Of a stretch of 64,000 bases of DNA, positions 37,244-46,410 are shown piece by piece. The first letter of the stretch is position 1. Every line of letters begins with the position of its first letter. Where the stretch lies: the sequence record NC_070967.1; one strand, given 5' to 3'. The position numbers and the translations under genes were made by a program. The notes beneath the pieces are model-generated. The model was not told the origin of the DNA. It saw only the letters and a program-made list of their open reading frames with translations, and did no database searches.

Positions 37244-40123
37244 ATGAAAGTACTTATTACTGGAGACATCCATCTCCATGATTTTAGAGTACACAATCTA
37301 TTTGGAAATCCCTATTTTAGACTAGGTCAATACAGTAAATTAGCTGATCGACTGGTCCAAATTATTAAAGAGCATAACGTCGGAGCGATGGCTATTGCTG
37401 GAGATTTTCTCCACGTAGCCTCGCCACGTCCATACATTACGAATGCTGCTGGTAAGTTCCTAGATAAGATTGCTGCTCATGTACCTCTATACGTCACTCA
37501 CGGTCAACATGACTATGACTCTCGTACGGAGATGAGTTCTGATAATACTCTGTTGAGTATGTACAATGGTCGTCCTAATATTAGGTATCTCCATAAAGAG
37601 TCTGTCACACTAGACGGTAGAAAGTTCTACTTCCAAGGATGGACTAGTCAACAGGATTTCTCTCATATCAAGCATGATGAATATGATGTCTTGATTGGTC
37701 ATGCTACCATTCAAGACTCTATCATTAATCAATATGGGACAACGATGGAACATGGACAGTCGATCGAGAACGATAAGTTCAAGATCTGCTTCTTTGGTGA
37801 TATTCATCGACATCAAGTTAAAGGTAATCAAGTTATTCCTGGAGTACCGATTCAGGCTAACTTCGGTGACCATCCTGATGTAGGAGTGATTATTCTTGAT
37901 ACAGAGACTCTTGAATGGACTCGTGTCAAGACAATTACAGAAGAATTCCCATTCCTACGATTCCTTGTTACAGATAAAGTTTTTGACGATCCATATATAG
38001 TCACTAAACTACCTGCCAGTAACTCTAATGCTACTAAGCGTGAGAAGTTACATAAATCGATTGACATCATGGAAGTCATCGACAAGTCTGTACTAGGTGC
38101 GGATGTGCTTGACATTCATGATTTAGCACTAGCTGCAATCTCTAAGCTTGAGTCTGATGAAGTTAATCTGAACTTCTCGATCACTTCTCTGAAGATTAGA
38201 AATTTCAGATCCATTGATAAGGTCGAGTGGATTCCTAAAGACGGAGTCATGCTGATCAATGGTATCAATGGTGCAGGTAAGTCTACACTTATTCGAGCTA
38301 TCTCGTTTGCTCTCCATGGATCACGTAGTGGCAAGTCACTCGTCCGTAAAGAGCAGACTGAAATGAGTGTTGACCTCGAACTAACGTACAATGGTATTAA
38401 CTATCGTATCTACAGAGGTCTCTCTGACGGTAAGGGATGGTTAAACTATTTCATTGACTCCAAACAGATCGAGACTGAGAATCAAACTGCGACTAATGAT
38501 AGAATCTCCAAAGATTTGAAGTTTCTATCGATGTGGCAGTTACTGTACCATGTTCAGGGTAAGCCTAGATTCCTATCAGCATTCAATTATGGATCTCGAG
38601 TTGAACTCGTATCCAATGTTGTTGGACTATCAATTGTTGAACGATTGAAGCAAGCTGCTGAGTCCATTAAGTCTAAGTCAGATAAAGAGTATTCATCTTT
38701 GTCGTCAGAGACTGATGGTATCAATATGTATCTCGAAACTATGAAGTCTGTCGATTTCTCGGAGATGCAGAGTGACTATAGCGACTTGATAGGATGGGCT
38801 GACAGGATCATCAAGGATTTGAATGATCTTATCAATCTTGAAAGAGACCTCGCTAGCGCTCAAAGTGAAATGAGATCTTCAGAGAATGCTCTATCTCAGT
38901 ACAAGGATATCGACTTCAGTCGAGCATCTATGGACACTGAACAGATGACTGCTCGTATTACTAGTTTGAGTGATACGATCAATTCTAAGAATAAGAGCAT
39001 CTCTGAGTACGAACGTGAGATCTCCGAAATCCGTAATAAAATGGGTCTCAAACAACAAGAGATTCAGTCTAAGAAAGTTGATATCTCTTCGATTGAGACT
39101 AAAATGCACTCTCTGCAAGCTAGCACATGTTATGCTTGTGATCAAATTGTTGGAGAAGACAAGGTCTTTCAGATGAAAGGTCAGTTTGAATCTAGCAAAA
39201 TGAATATCGAGGAGATCATCAAGTCTCTTCAGACAGAGATACCGGACCTCCTACAAGCTGCTACTAAATACATGGCAGACATCGAGACAGTACGTAAAGA
39301 TATCAATGTCTACGTTGAAGAGAAGTCCAGTTTGAGTACAGATTTGTCGAACATTACAAATCTTCGTAATCAATATGCAAGATTTAATAATGTGAAGGCA
39401 GTGCTGAATAAGAATATCGACGATGTAGCTGCACTTAATTCTAGAGTCGATCTTCAGAAAATTCGAATCAAAGAACGATTCGGTACCATAATCAGTCACG
39501 AGAATACATCGAACGATGTCCTAATGAAGACGAGAGAACAACTCGCCATTCTGAAGGAGAAGCAGTCGAATGTTCAGAGACTGACTGATTTGCATAAAGA
39601 CATGACTGCTAAGATCGAGAGACTCTCAGCTGTTAAGGTCTTGATGGAAGAAATTGTAGCTTCCAGATCTAAGTATGACAAGTACATCAGTTTGATGGAT
39701 CCAAAGGGTATTGTAACGAGATCAGTTCTTACGGCTATCTCTGAACAATTGTCAAATGAGAAGATTAAGGTCGTTGCTCATAAGACTCTAGCAAATGGTG
39801 AGACAAGACCTGACTTTAATCTACTGCTCAATGTCCACGGTAAGTGGATTGAGTATGATGAATTGTCAGGTGGTCAGATGATTGTCTGTGATTTATATAT
39901 TCTTTCTCACTTAATTTCTATCTGCGGAGGAGCAGGATTACTTATCTTCGACGAGACATTCGGAGAGCTAGATCCTACAAATCTTGAGTATACTGTTGAT
40001 ATGATCAAGTCGATCAACGTTCAGAACATTCTTATCGTGAGTCATCACGAGGCGTTCCCGTACTACGATCATCATACAGTAGCGAGACTCCAGGATGGAG
40101 TGACCAATTATACATTCTCTTAG
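37244..40123 (+). CDS. Single-chain Mre11/SbcD-Rad50/SbcC fusion
   Basis: GDIH, AGD, HGQHD, GH, GDIH nuclease motifs; GINGAGKST, coiled coil with CYAC hook, LSGGQ, IFDE, VSHH. Confidence 0.92.
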   Translation: MKVLITGDIHLHDFRVHNLFGNPYFRLGQYSKLADRLVQIIKEHNVGAMAIAGDFLHVASPRPYITNAAGKFLDKIAAHVPLYVTHGQHDYDSRTEMSSDNTLLSMYNGRPNIRYLHKESVTLDGRKFYFQGWTSQQDFSHIKHDEYDVLIGHATIQDSIINQYGTTMEHGQSIENDKFKICFFGDIHRHQVKGNQVIPGVPIQANFGDHPDVGVIILDTETLEWTRVKTITEEFPFLRFLVTDKVFDDPYIVTKLPASNSNATKREKLHKSIDIMEVIDKSVLGADVLDIHDLALAAISKLESDEVNLNFSITSLKIRNFRSIDKVEWIPKDGVMLINGINGAGKSTLIRAISFALHGSRSGKSLVRKEQTEMSVDLELTYNGINYRIYRGLSDGKGWLNYFIDSKQIETENQTATNDRISKDLKFLSMWQLLYHVQGKPRFLSAFNYGSRVELVSNVVGLSIVERLKQAAESIKSKSDKEYSSLSSETDGINMYLETMKSVDFSEMQSDYSDLIGWADRIIKDLNDLINLERDLASAQSEMRSSENALSQYKDIDFSRASMDTEQMTARITSLSDTINSKNKSISEYEREISEIRNKMGLKQQEIQSKKVDISSIETKMHSLQASTCYACDQIVGEDKVFQMKGQFESSKMNIEEIIKSLQTEIPDLLQAATKYMADIETVRKDINVYVEEKSSLSTDLSNITNLRNQYARFNNVKAVLNKNIDDVAALNSRVDLQKIRIKERFGTIISHENTSNDVLMKTREQLAILKEKQSNVQRLTDLHKDMTAKIERLSAVKVLMEEIVASRSKYDKYISLMDPKGIVTRSVLTAISEQLSNEKIKVVAHKTLANGETRPDFNLLLNVHGKWIEYDELSGGQMIVCDLYILSHLISICGGAGLLIFDETFGELDPTNLEYTVDMIKSINVQNILIVSHHEAFPYYDHHTVARLQDGVTNYTFS

Positions 40124-40155
40124 ATGTAGAAAAACAAGAGAATGAACAAAGAGTA

Positions 40156-40377
40156 ATGTCTGATATGTTCAACGAACTAAACATTGAAGTAGCTCAACGA
40201 GTTACGGATAACCATATTAATACTGCTATTAAACGTGCATCTGCAGCATGTGCTCCTCAGTCGAGTTCGAGATTCGATGGTATTCATTGCATCACATGTA
40301 ATGAAGCTATCCCTGCGAGAAGACTGGAACTTGGACGTATCAGATGTATTGATTGTCAATACGATCTGGAAAACTAA
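40156..40377 (+). CDS. DksA/TraR C4-type zinc finger protein
   Basis: CITCNEAIPARR...RCIDCQ. Confidence 0.85.
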   Translation: MSDMFNELNIEVAQRVTDNHINTAIKRASAACAPQSSSRFDGIHCITCNEAIPARRLELGRIRCIDCQYDLEN

Positions 40378-40386
40378 GAGAAGTAA

Positions 40387-40836
40387 ATGTCACTTGTAGC
40401 ATATAAGAGTAAGCTAAACATTTTCGAGAGATTTCTTAGATATGTAGATAATATCTTCTATGCTGACGAATACGGAGACAAGAGACCTTCTTCACAGGAG
40501 GTCCTTGATCTAAGTAATACGTCTTTAAAAGAGATCATTCTACCTGCCAACATTGTTATTAAGTCTCCTGGGAATATCTTTATCAAATCAGAACGACATA
40601 TTGTTCTTGACTCAGGACATAGAAATGACAACGATGGGAAGGTATGGCTTAATAGCGATCAGCTTGTATTTGATATTGATACATTCGATAGCTACGCTTA
40701 TAGAAAGATTCATGGAGTCATCGATTCTATGGATCATTCGGATTATCATAACGTGAAGCAAGATGATCATCTTCAGCTTGAGTTTGATTTCTGCAATCAT
40801 AAGGAGACTTGTGGATGCCAGGAGCAGCACGCTTAG
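40387..40836 (+). CDS. Hypothetical protein, possibly baseplate or spike associated
   Basis: Beta-rich IVIKS/IFIKS segments; overlaps the PAAR gene. Confidence 0.5.
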   Translation: MSLVAYKSKLNIFERFLRYVDNIFYADEYGDKRPSSQEVLDLSNTSLKEIILPANIVIKSPGNIFIKSERHIVLDSGHRNDNDGKVWLNSDQLVFDIDTFDSYAYRKIHGVIDSMDHSDYHNVKQDDHLQLEFDFCNHKETCGCQEQHA

Positions 40837-41108
40837 CTGATATATGTACAGGACATGGATGTTGGCCACCTAGAGCTAATTCGAGTGCATCATCAGATGT
40901 ATTCATAAATGGTCGAGGAGCTCATCGTCAAGGTGATACATGGTTACCTCATACATGTCCTGATATACCTGAAACTCATGCATCTGTATTAGCATCAGGG
41001 TCAAGTACCGTTTATACTAACGGTAAACAACAAGGTCGAATAGGAGATCCAGTAGCTTGTGGAAGTACTGTAGCTACTGGATCTGGCAATGTCATAGTCG
41101 GTGGATAA
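40815..41108 (+). CDS. PAAR / T4 gp5.4-like spike-tip protein
   Basis: AARLAD.C.GH, VFING, HTC, RIGD..CGS...GS.NV..GG. Confidence 0.93.
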   Translation: MPGAARLADICTGHGCWPPRANSSASSDVFINGRGAHRQGDTWLPHTCPDIPETHASVLASGSSTVYTNGKQQGRIGDPVACGSTVATGSGNVIVGG

Positions 41109-41114
41109 TTTATA

Positions 41115-41483
41115 ATGTTAGATGAAGATACGATTTCGATGGCAGGTCTTCAGTCTTCTACGACGATGGAAATCGTCAAGAAGGTACTGAGAGCTGAAGA
41201 TGTCGAAACTCGAGATTTGAGAGCAGCTATCATCTCAGTTTATGGTGCTGTTAACCAGTTGTACGATATGGGTAAGAAGATTACCAATAGTAAGATGACA
41301 ACTGCTAAGATCCGTAAGGATTTTGAGAGAGCACTGAAAGGCGTCGAGGTAGGATTTAATATTCCTATCGAAGTACGTCTACCTAATCACCTTCGAGGTG
41401 ATACTGACGTCACTGAAGCAGTTAAGTCTGTAGGTGGTGTAATTGATCTAGGACCTGTAGTAAGTGAGACTAATCTACAGTGA
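41115..41483 (+). CDS. Hypothetical protein
   Basis: ORF followed by a terminator. Confidence 0.65.
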   Translation: MLDEDTISMAGLQSSTTMEIVKKVLRAEDVETRDLRAAIISVYGAVNQLYDMGKKITNSKMTTAKIRKDFERALKGVEVGFNIPIEVRLPNHLRGDTDVTEAVKSVGGVIDLGPVVSETNLQ

Positions 41484-41492
41484 TCTAATATC

Positions 41493-41535
41493 GCGTAATT
41501 CTTCTAAATAAACGGAAGAATTACGCTTTATTTTT
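41493..41535 (+). terminator. Intrinsic terminator
   Basis: GCGTAATTCTTC / GAAGAATTACGC perfect 12-bp stem, then TTTATTTTT. Confidence 0.8.
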
Positions 41536-41546
41536 GTCCATATGAA

Positions 41547-41573
41547 GCGAAGGAGCGTCCCTTAAGCCTTCCT
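41547..41573 (+). promoter_or_regulatory. Bipartite motif copy (GCGAA-N13-AGCCTTCCT)
   Basis: Exact consensus right after a terminator, ahead of the vWA gene. Confidence 0.65.
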
Positions 41574-41673
41574 CTCTCGTAAGACGTTAATTCTAGAAAT
41601 TCCAATACGGAGTATGTAATGTCTTGTATTAAAAACTCCGATCCTAAAACCATCTCCTGAAAGGAAAATTCTC

Positions 41674-43929
41674 ATGGATCTCAATAAGTTCAAAGTAACT
41701 ATCGGTGGTAAGTCTGTCAATGTGACCGCATTCACTCCTGACACTACAGCTACCAAGGCTGCAGGTAAGACTCACCATGTCCTTCTCATCGACCGTTCCG
41801 GTTCGATGTACTCCTCGATCAGTTATCTGATTGATCAGGTTCAGAATACAGTTAAGCTCATCGGTCAAGACGATCTGATTAGCATTCTCTGGTTCTCTGG
41901 TCAGGGTAGTAAGGGAGTTATCTGCCAAGGTGTTAAGGGATCTGAGGACATTACTACTGTTCTCAATAAGTTCCGTAGCGTTCTTGGTACGACATGCTTC
42001 TCTGAACCTCTCGCAGAGTCGACTAATGTTGTTGCTATGTACAAGGACGTTGTTGATCAGTCCGTTATCACTCTCTTCACGGACGGTTGCCCAGTAGTCA
42101 GCTGGTCTACTAAGGAAGAGACTGAACGTTGCCTCGAGATCATTAAAGATCTCGTTGATGATCTCAATGTCTCGGCAGTCAATACCGTAGGTTATGGTAA
42201 CTACTACAATCGTGACTTCTTGCAGACTCTCTCCGAGGCATCGGATCAGGGTATGTTCGTTCACAGTAGTAAGATTGAACAATTTACTGACGTCTTCACC
42301 TCAGCAGTGGAGGTCGCCAGTGGTCTGGTACTTCAGTCTCTGGATATTGAGGTATCGGATGACGACGCTGATATTCTTTACGTAGGTAATGGTACCAGTG
42401 GTCTTCACAAGTCTGATCTCAGCATGCGTCGTCTTGACAAGTCTCGTAACCTTGTCTTCATCGTATCTGAGAATTCCAAGTACGATCTGACGATCAACGG
42501 TGTTACGGATCACAAGATTGAGTCTATGACTCAGTCCTCGAATCCTGAATTCGTTGAGAACTTCCTCTATTCGTATGCAGATTCTCTCTACTATCGAGGA
42601 GAACGTCAGAAGGCTCTTGACATTATTGTCAACAATCTTCGTGACAAGCATCTCGCAGATCTGATGATGAATGCATTCACCATCGACGAAGTAGCTGATG
42701 TTCAGAAAGCTCTGAACATTGCATGTGAGTTCAAGTCTGAACGTTACATCAGTGGTAAGTGTGGAGTAGGATACCTTCCCAAGAAGGATGCATTCTGCTT
42801 GATGGATCTCTTCAATCTGTTCTTCAAGAAGGATGTAACCGCATATTATGTCCCATTCTCGAAGAATGTTGAAGAATATCAGCGTATCGGTCGTAAGGTA
42901 ACCGATGAATTCAATCTGTTCACTAAGTCTCCTGAAGAAGTTATCGTTCCTCTGAACGATTTCGTCTGGAACAAGGACAAGCTGAATCTCTCGATCCGTA
43001 TTCTGATCCCTGGTACAGTAACTCTCAATCCGAAGGCTGCTAAGACGGTAGGTCTTGCTTCTACTTATCCATCCAAGATTTACCGTAACCATACGTTTAT
43101 CAAGGACGGTCAGTTGAACATTAAGACTGCAGAATTCCTCCTGTCGTCTGATGTACTTGAAGTACTCAATGCGAATAAGATCGGTAACCGTATCCTGTCT
43201 ACGGACGAGGATGTTGGTGGGATCCTTCTGAATCGAGTAGTAGTCGATCTCACGAAGCTTCCTGTTATCAATCGTCTTTACATTGATAACTCCGACTCTC
43301 TGGATGATCTGAAGGATATTGTCGTCAATATCTCTAAGGCTGAGGCTTCCATCAAGGTAGCTAAGGATGCTCTGGCAACCGTTCTGGCATCGAATGTGAA
43401 TCTGACGAAGGTCGGAGCATATAAGGGTCTTACGGCTGATCAGATCACTGTACTCGAAAATCATGGTATCTCCAAGGATGGAGTCTACGGAGGTATCGAT
43501 AATGTCAAGCCTAAGGCTGCGGATTCAGATAGTTACGAAGTACGTACTCTCGAATTCTATCTGAAGGGATTCTCGTCGCTTCCTTCCATCGCTGACTTCA
43601 ACAAGATGCTCAATGGTGAGAAGAGAGTGAATGCTCCTGGACAAATGATGATCGACTATCTGAAGGATCTTGAATTCCGACTGAAGGCCGAGAATCTTAG
43701 TCTGAATCAGCCGAATGCAGCTGTTAGAGACTTCCTTAATGAGGAACTCGAAGAGCTTAAGGCTGGCCTAGCTACTGCTCGTAATCATCTCAATGCTGTC
43801 AAGATGGCTAAGGTGCTTACACATGACTTCTTCCATGGTCTAGTTGCTGACGACAAGGGTAACTACTCTTATGGAGATGAGAATCATACTATGATTCTTC
43901 GTAATGATCGTACTGTAGAGTACGTTTAA
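41674..43929 (+). CDS. Large vWA-domain protein (751 aa)
   Basis: MIDAS DRSGS, T in GTTCF, FTDG, VGYG; long C-terminal region of unknown function. Confidence 0.85.
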   Translation: MDLNKFKVTIGGKSVNVTAFTPDTTATKAAGKTHHVLLIDRSGSMYSSISYLIDQVQNTVKLIGQDDLISILWFSGQGSKGVICQGVKGSEDITTVLNKFRSVLGTTCFSEPLAESTNVVAMYKDVVDQSVITLFTDGCPVVSWSTKEETERCLEIIKDLVDDLNVSAVNTVGYGNYYNRDFLQTLSEASDQGMFVHSSKIEQFTDVFTSAVEVASGLVLQSLDIEVSDDDADILYVGNGTSGLHKSDLSMRRLDKSRNLVFIVSENSKYDLTINGVTDHKIESMTQSSNPEFVENFLYSYADSLYYRGERQKALDIIVNNLRDKHLADLMMNAFTIDEVADVQKALNIACEFKSERYISGKCGVGYLPKKDAFCLMDLFNLFFKKDVTAYYVPFSKNVEEYQRIGRKVTDEFNLFTKSPEEVIVPLNDFVWNKDKLNLSIRILIPGTVTLNPKAAKTVGLASTYPSKIYRNHTFIKDGQLNIKTAEFLLSSDVLEVLNANKIGNRILSTDEDVGGILLNRVVVDLTKLPVINRLYIDNSDSLDDLKDIVVNISKAEASIKVAKDALATVLASNVNLTKVGAYKGLTADQITVLENHGISKDGVYGGIDNVKPKAADSDSYEVRTLEFYLKGFSSLPSIADFNKMLNGEKRVNAPGQMMIDYLKDLEFRLKAENLSLNQPNAAVRDFLNEELEELKAGLATARNHLNAVKMAKVLTHDFFHGLVADDKGNYSYGDENHTMILRNDRTVEYV

Positions 43930-43935
43930 AAATCT

Positions 43936-43985
43936 AGGCTCCATTATTCTTCTCGCAAGGGATGAGTAATGGAGCCTTTTCTTTT
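43936..43985 (+). terminator. Intrinsic terminator with a GCAA loop
   Basis: AGGCTCCATTATTC...GAGTAATGGAGCCT, then TTTCTTTT. Confidence 0.8.
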
Positions 43986-44003
43986 GTCTTATTGAGAGGT
44001 AAT

Positions 44004-44582
44004 ATGCATACCGCTGATCTAGAGAATATGCCATCTCTGGTTCTCAATGCTGATATGTTACCCTTATCTTCTTCACCATTAAGCTTGTATCATTGGCACG
44101 ATACGATCAAGGCAGTGACTGAAAATAAGGCTAGTGTAATAGCTGAGTACGACAGAGTTATTCGATCTCCTACATTTGAGATGAAGCTACCATCCGTGAT
44201 AGCCTTGAACAACTATGTCGGAATCTATACCGAGATTAAATTTACACGTTACAATCTATTTCTAAGAGATAAATTCACTTGTCAGTATTGTATGGAGAAG
44301 TTTGCTTACAAGAATCTTACGTTTGATCATGTCGTACCTGCATCTAGAGGTGGTAAGACAGTTTGGACTAATATCGTAGCAGCATGTCATCCTTGCAATA
44401 TTAAGAAACGTGATAGAACTCCTGAAGAAGCAGGTTTGCATCTCCATTACAAGCCATATGCTCCTAACTATGAGCAATTTAAACGTTTAGGTCGTCAAGA
44501 TCCTGGTAAGAATCATTACGGTAATCTCCATAAGACCATTATAGACTGGTTGTACTGGGACACAGAATTGGAATCAAAATAA
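44004..44582 (+). CDS. HNH endonuclease (McrA-like bacterial type)
   Basis: RDKFTCQYC, TFDHVVPASRGG, NIVAACHPCN; GAGGT RBS before ATG 44004. Confidence 0.9.
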   Translation: MHTADLENMPSLVLNADMLPLSSSPLSLYHWHDTIKAVTENKASVIAEYDRVIRSPTFEMKLPSVIALNNYVGIYTEIKFTRYNLFLRDKFTCQYCMEKFAYKNLTFDHVVPASRGGKTVWTNIVAACHPCNIKKRDRTPEEAGLHLHYKPYAPNYEQFKRLGRQDPGKNHYGNLHKTIIDWLYWDTELESK

Positions 44583-44584
44583 CA

Positions 44585-44908
44585 ATGGCACACGCCTGTA
44601 TCCTACTGATCGGCAAGTACAAGAAGTCACTTGTCAACTATCTTGACCAAGATCCTATTTACTACAGTCAAGTCGAAGAAGGTACTGAGGTCATAGCTCA
44701 TTACTTCAACGTACATAATGTCATTGATGTTCAGAGACTAGGTGAACTAGTCGGCATCGATGATTACAAAGACATGAGTCAGTCCGTAATCAATAAGGCA
44801 CGGATTGACCATGAGGAGCTCGAAGAATTTGGTAGTCCTGCAAAGGTAAATGGATTTATCAAACTCCTTGATAATGGATTTAAACCATATTTTGAGGTGA
44901 GCTTCTGA
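44585..44908 (+). CDS. Hypothetical protein
   Basis: Packed ORF. Confidence 0.6.
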   Translation: MAHACILLIGKYKKSLVNYLDQDPIYYSQVEEGTEVIAHYFNVHNVIDVQRLGELVGIDDYKDMSQSVINKARIDHEELEEFGSPAKVNGFIKLLDNGFKPYFEVSF

Positions 44909-45135
44909 TGACAAATCCTGACACTCCTGTAACATCTTCCTTTTCTGGTCGACGTCTGTATGATATAACGGACGATCAGTTGAAGATTGTCAAAGCATTC
45001 AGACAAGTTTTATCTAAAGAACTAAAATTTTGTTCAATGATAGACTGTGCATATGCTTTGAAAGAATCTAACTGGGATGTTGATAAGGCTAGGGTACTTA
45101 TGATTGAATTGAGTAGATACAGAGTTGTTCTTTAG
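44908..45135 (+). CDS. Hypothetical protein (UBA/EF-Ts-N-like helical C-terminus)
   Basis: SMIDC..ALKESNWDVDKA. Confidence 0.5.
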   Translation: MTNPDTPVTSSFSGRRLYDITDDQLKIVKAFRQVLSKELKFCSMIDCAYALKESNWDVDKARVLMIELSRYRVVL

Positions 45136-45170
45136 TGTGAGTACAACGGTTCTACTTAAAGGATGAAAAA

Positions 45171-45581
45171 TTGAAGATCTACACTGTAATTGTCAGCATT
45201 ATGTTGGCTCTCATCTCTACTTCAGTTTACGGAGGAGAAGTGATAACACGTAAAGTTGGTTATTCCAGCAGATCGCTCATTGTGAGTGAGGCAGCTAAAT
45301 ACGGAATAAGCAAAGCAGTCATCGAACATGTCGCACGTAAGGAGAGTACATTTAGATGTACGACTGGAGGTCGATATAAAGGTCCACTTCAAATCAGCCC
45401 AAGGAGCGCTCGTGCTCTAGGGTATCAAGGTAAAGGTGGTCTAGATAATTGCGGAGACGGTCTGAAATACGGACTGAGACACTTAGCAATCTGTGTTAAG
45501 AAAGTAGGTCAGAATCCAAAGAAGGCAGCTTCATGTCATGCGTCCCCAGGTGCGTATGGTGTGAGAGTAGTATGGAGATAG
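45171..45581 (+). CDS. Lytic transglycosylase (SLT-like) with a signal peptide
   Basis: VARKESTF (catalytic Glu), GPLQI, N...G..Y. Confidence 0.75.
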   Translation: MKIYTVIVSIMLALISTSVYGGEVITRKVGYSSRSLIVSEAAKYGISKAVIEHVARKESTFRCTTGGRYKGPLQISPRSARALGYQGKGGLDNCGDGLKYGLRHLAICVKKVGQNPKKAASCHASPGAYGVRVVWR

Positions 45582-45832
45582 TTCCATCAAAATGGACGGT
45601 TTATATCGTAGAGTGTAGAGATAAATCCTTGTATACAGGAATCACTACTGATATAAACCGTCGTCTACTCCAGCACAATAATGGTACTGGAGCCAAGTAT
45701 ACAAGAAGCAGAAGACCTGTTAATCTCGTTTATACCGAGAAGTTACCAGACAGGTCTTCTGCTCTCAAACGTGAATATGCTATTAAGCAATTGTCTCGTA
45801 AGGAGAAGTTGCAATTAGTAAATTTTGGATAG
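45572..45832 (+). CDS. GIY-YIG nuclease (YhbQ/UPF0213-like)
   Basis: VYIVEC.D.SLYTGIT.D..RR..QHN.G.GAKYTR..RP, ALKREY.IK. Confidence 0.9.
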   Translation: MEIVPSKWTVYIVECRDKSLYTGITTDINRRLLQHNNGTGAKYTRSRRPVNLVYTEKLPDRSSALKREYAIKQLSRKEKLQLVNFG

Positions 45833-45882
45833 GTTCACTTAACGTCTCCAAGGGATTCTTCTTTAGGAAGGGACCTTGGAGA
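45829..45882 (+). promoter_or_regulatory. Second repeated motif, copy B, within the hairpin TCTCCAAGG/CCTTGGAGA
   Basis: ATAGGTTCACTT-N9-AAGGGATTCTTCT is shared with 655-688. Confidence 0.5.
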
Positions 45883-45900
45883 TTCTTAGAGGTAATTTAA

Positions 45901-46137
45901 ATGGGCACTAGTGCTCCTGATATTACAATTAGTAATCCCCACTTAGATCCTGCTCATAGTGTAAGTAATCTTCCATTCATTAGGAAGACTCCTCCACATG
46001 TCCTTGGAGAATCCAAGGAAGATTTTCTAGGTAGAATGGCTCTCGCTACTCATGACCGAGTGAATAACTTAGATTTCACTATTGTCAGTCGTAGAGATTG
46101 GGACCATCTGCTCTACCTAGCGAGTAGATCTGTCTAA
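45901..46137 (+). CDS. Hypothetical protein
   Basis: GAGGT RBS. Confidence 0.55.
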   Translation: MGTSAPDITISNPHLDPAHSVSNLPFIRKTPPHVLGESKEDFLGRMALATHDRVNNLDFTIVSRRDWDHLLYLASRSV

Positions 46138-46194
46138 TCACTTAACAATTTGTCTTAGAGAATCGTCTGCTTTAATGGCAGATAGGAGTGAATA

Positions 46195-46410
46195 ATGCCT
46201 GAATATAATACTGCAGGTAGTGAAGAGCTATTCAATAAATTCAAGCAATTGGAATTTCGTCTAGGAATGCTTAGTGCGATTGTTCAGAATCCTTTGAAGA
46301 TCAAGCATGAAGAGCTTGTCCAGTTCAAGAAGGACATGGATGAGCTCTCGCTTAGATTCATTATCCTCAAGGATGATGTAATGGATTTCGTCACTGAGTC
46401 GCCACAATGA
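46195..46410 (+). CDS. Hypothetical protein
   Basis: AGGAG RBS. Confidence 0.6.
   Translation: MPEYNTAGSEELFNKFKQLEFRLGMLSAIVQNPLKIKHEELVQFKKDMDELSLRFIILKDDVMDFVTESPQ

Noticed and set aside
42301-43464. 387-aa minus-strand ORF
   Set aside because: Fully antisense to the vWA gene, with no RBS or motifs; a shadow of + strand codon bias
44004-45832. HNH and GIY-YIG genes as mobile homing endonucleases
   Set aside because: Both resemble stand-alone cellular-type families, lack extra DNA-binding modules and do not interrupt a gene
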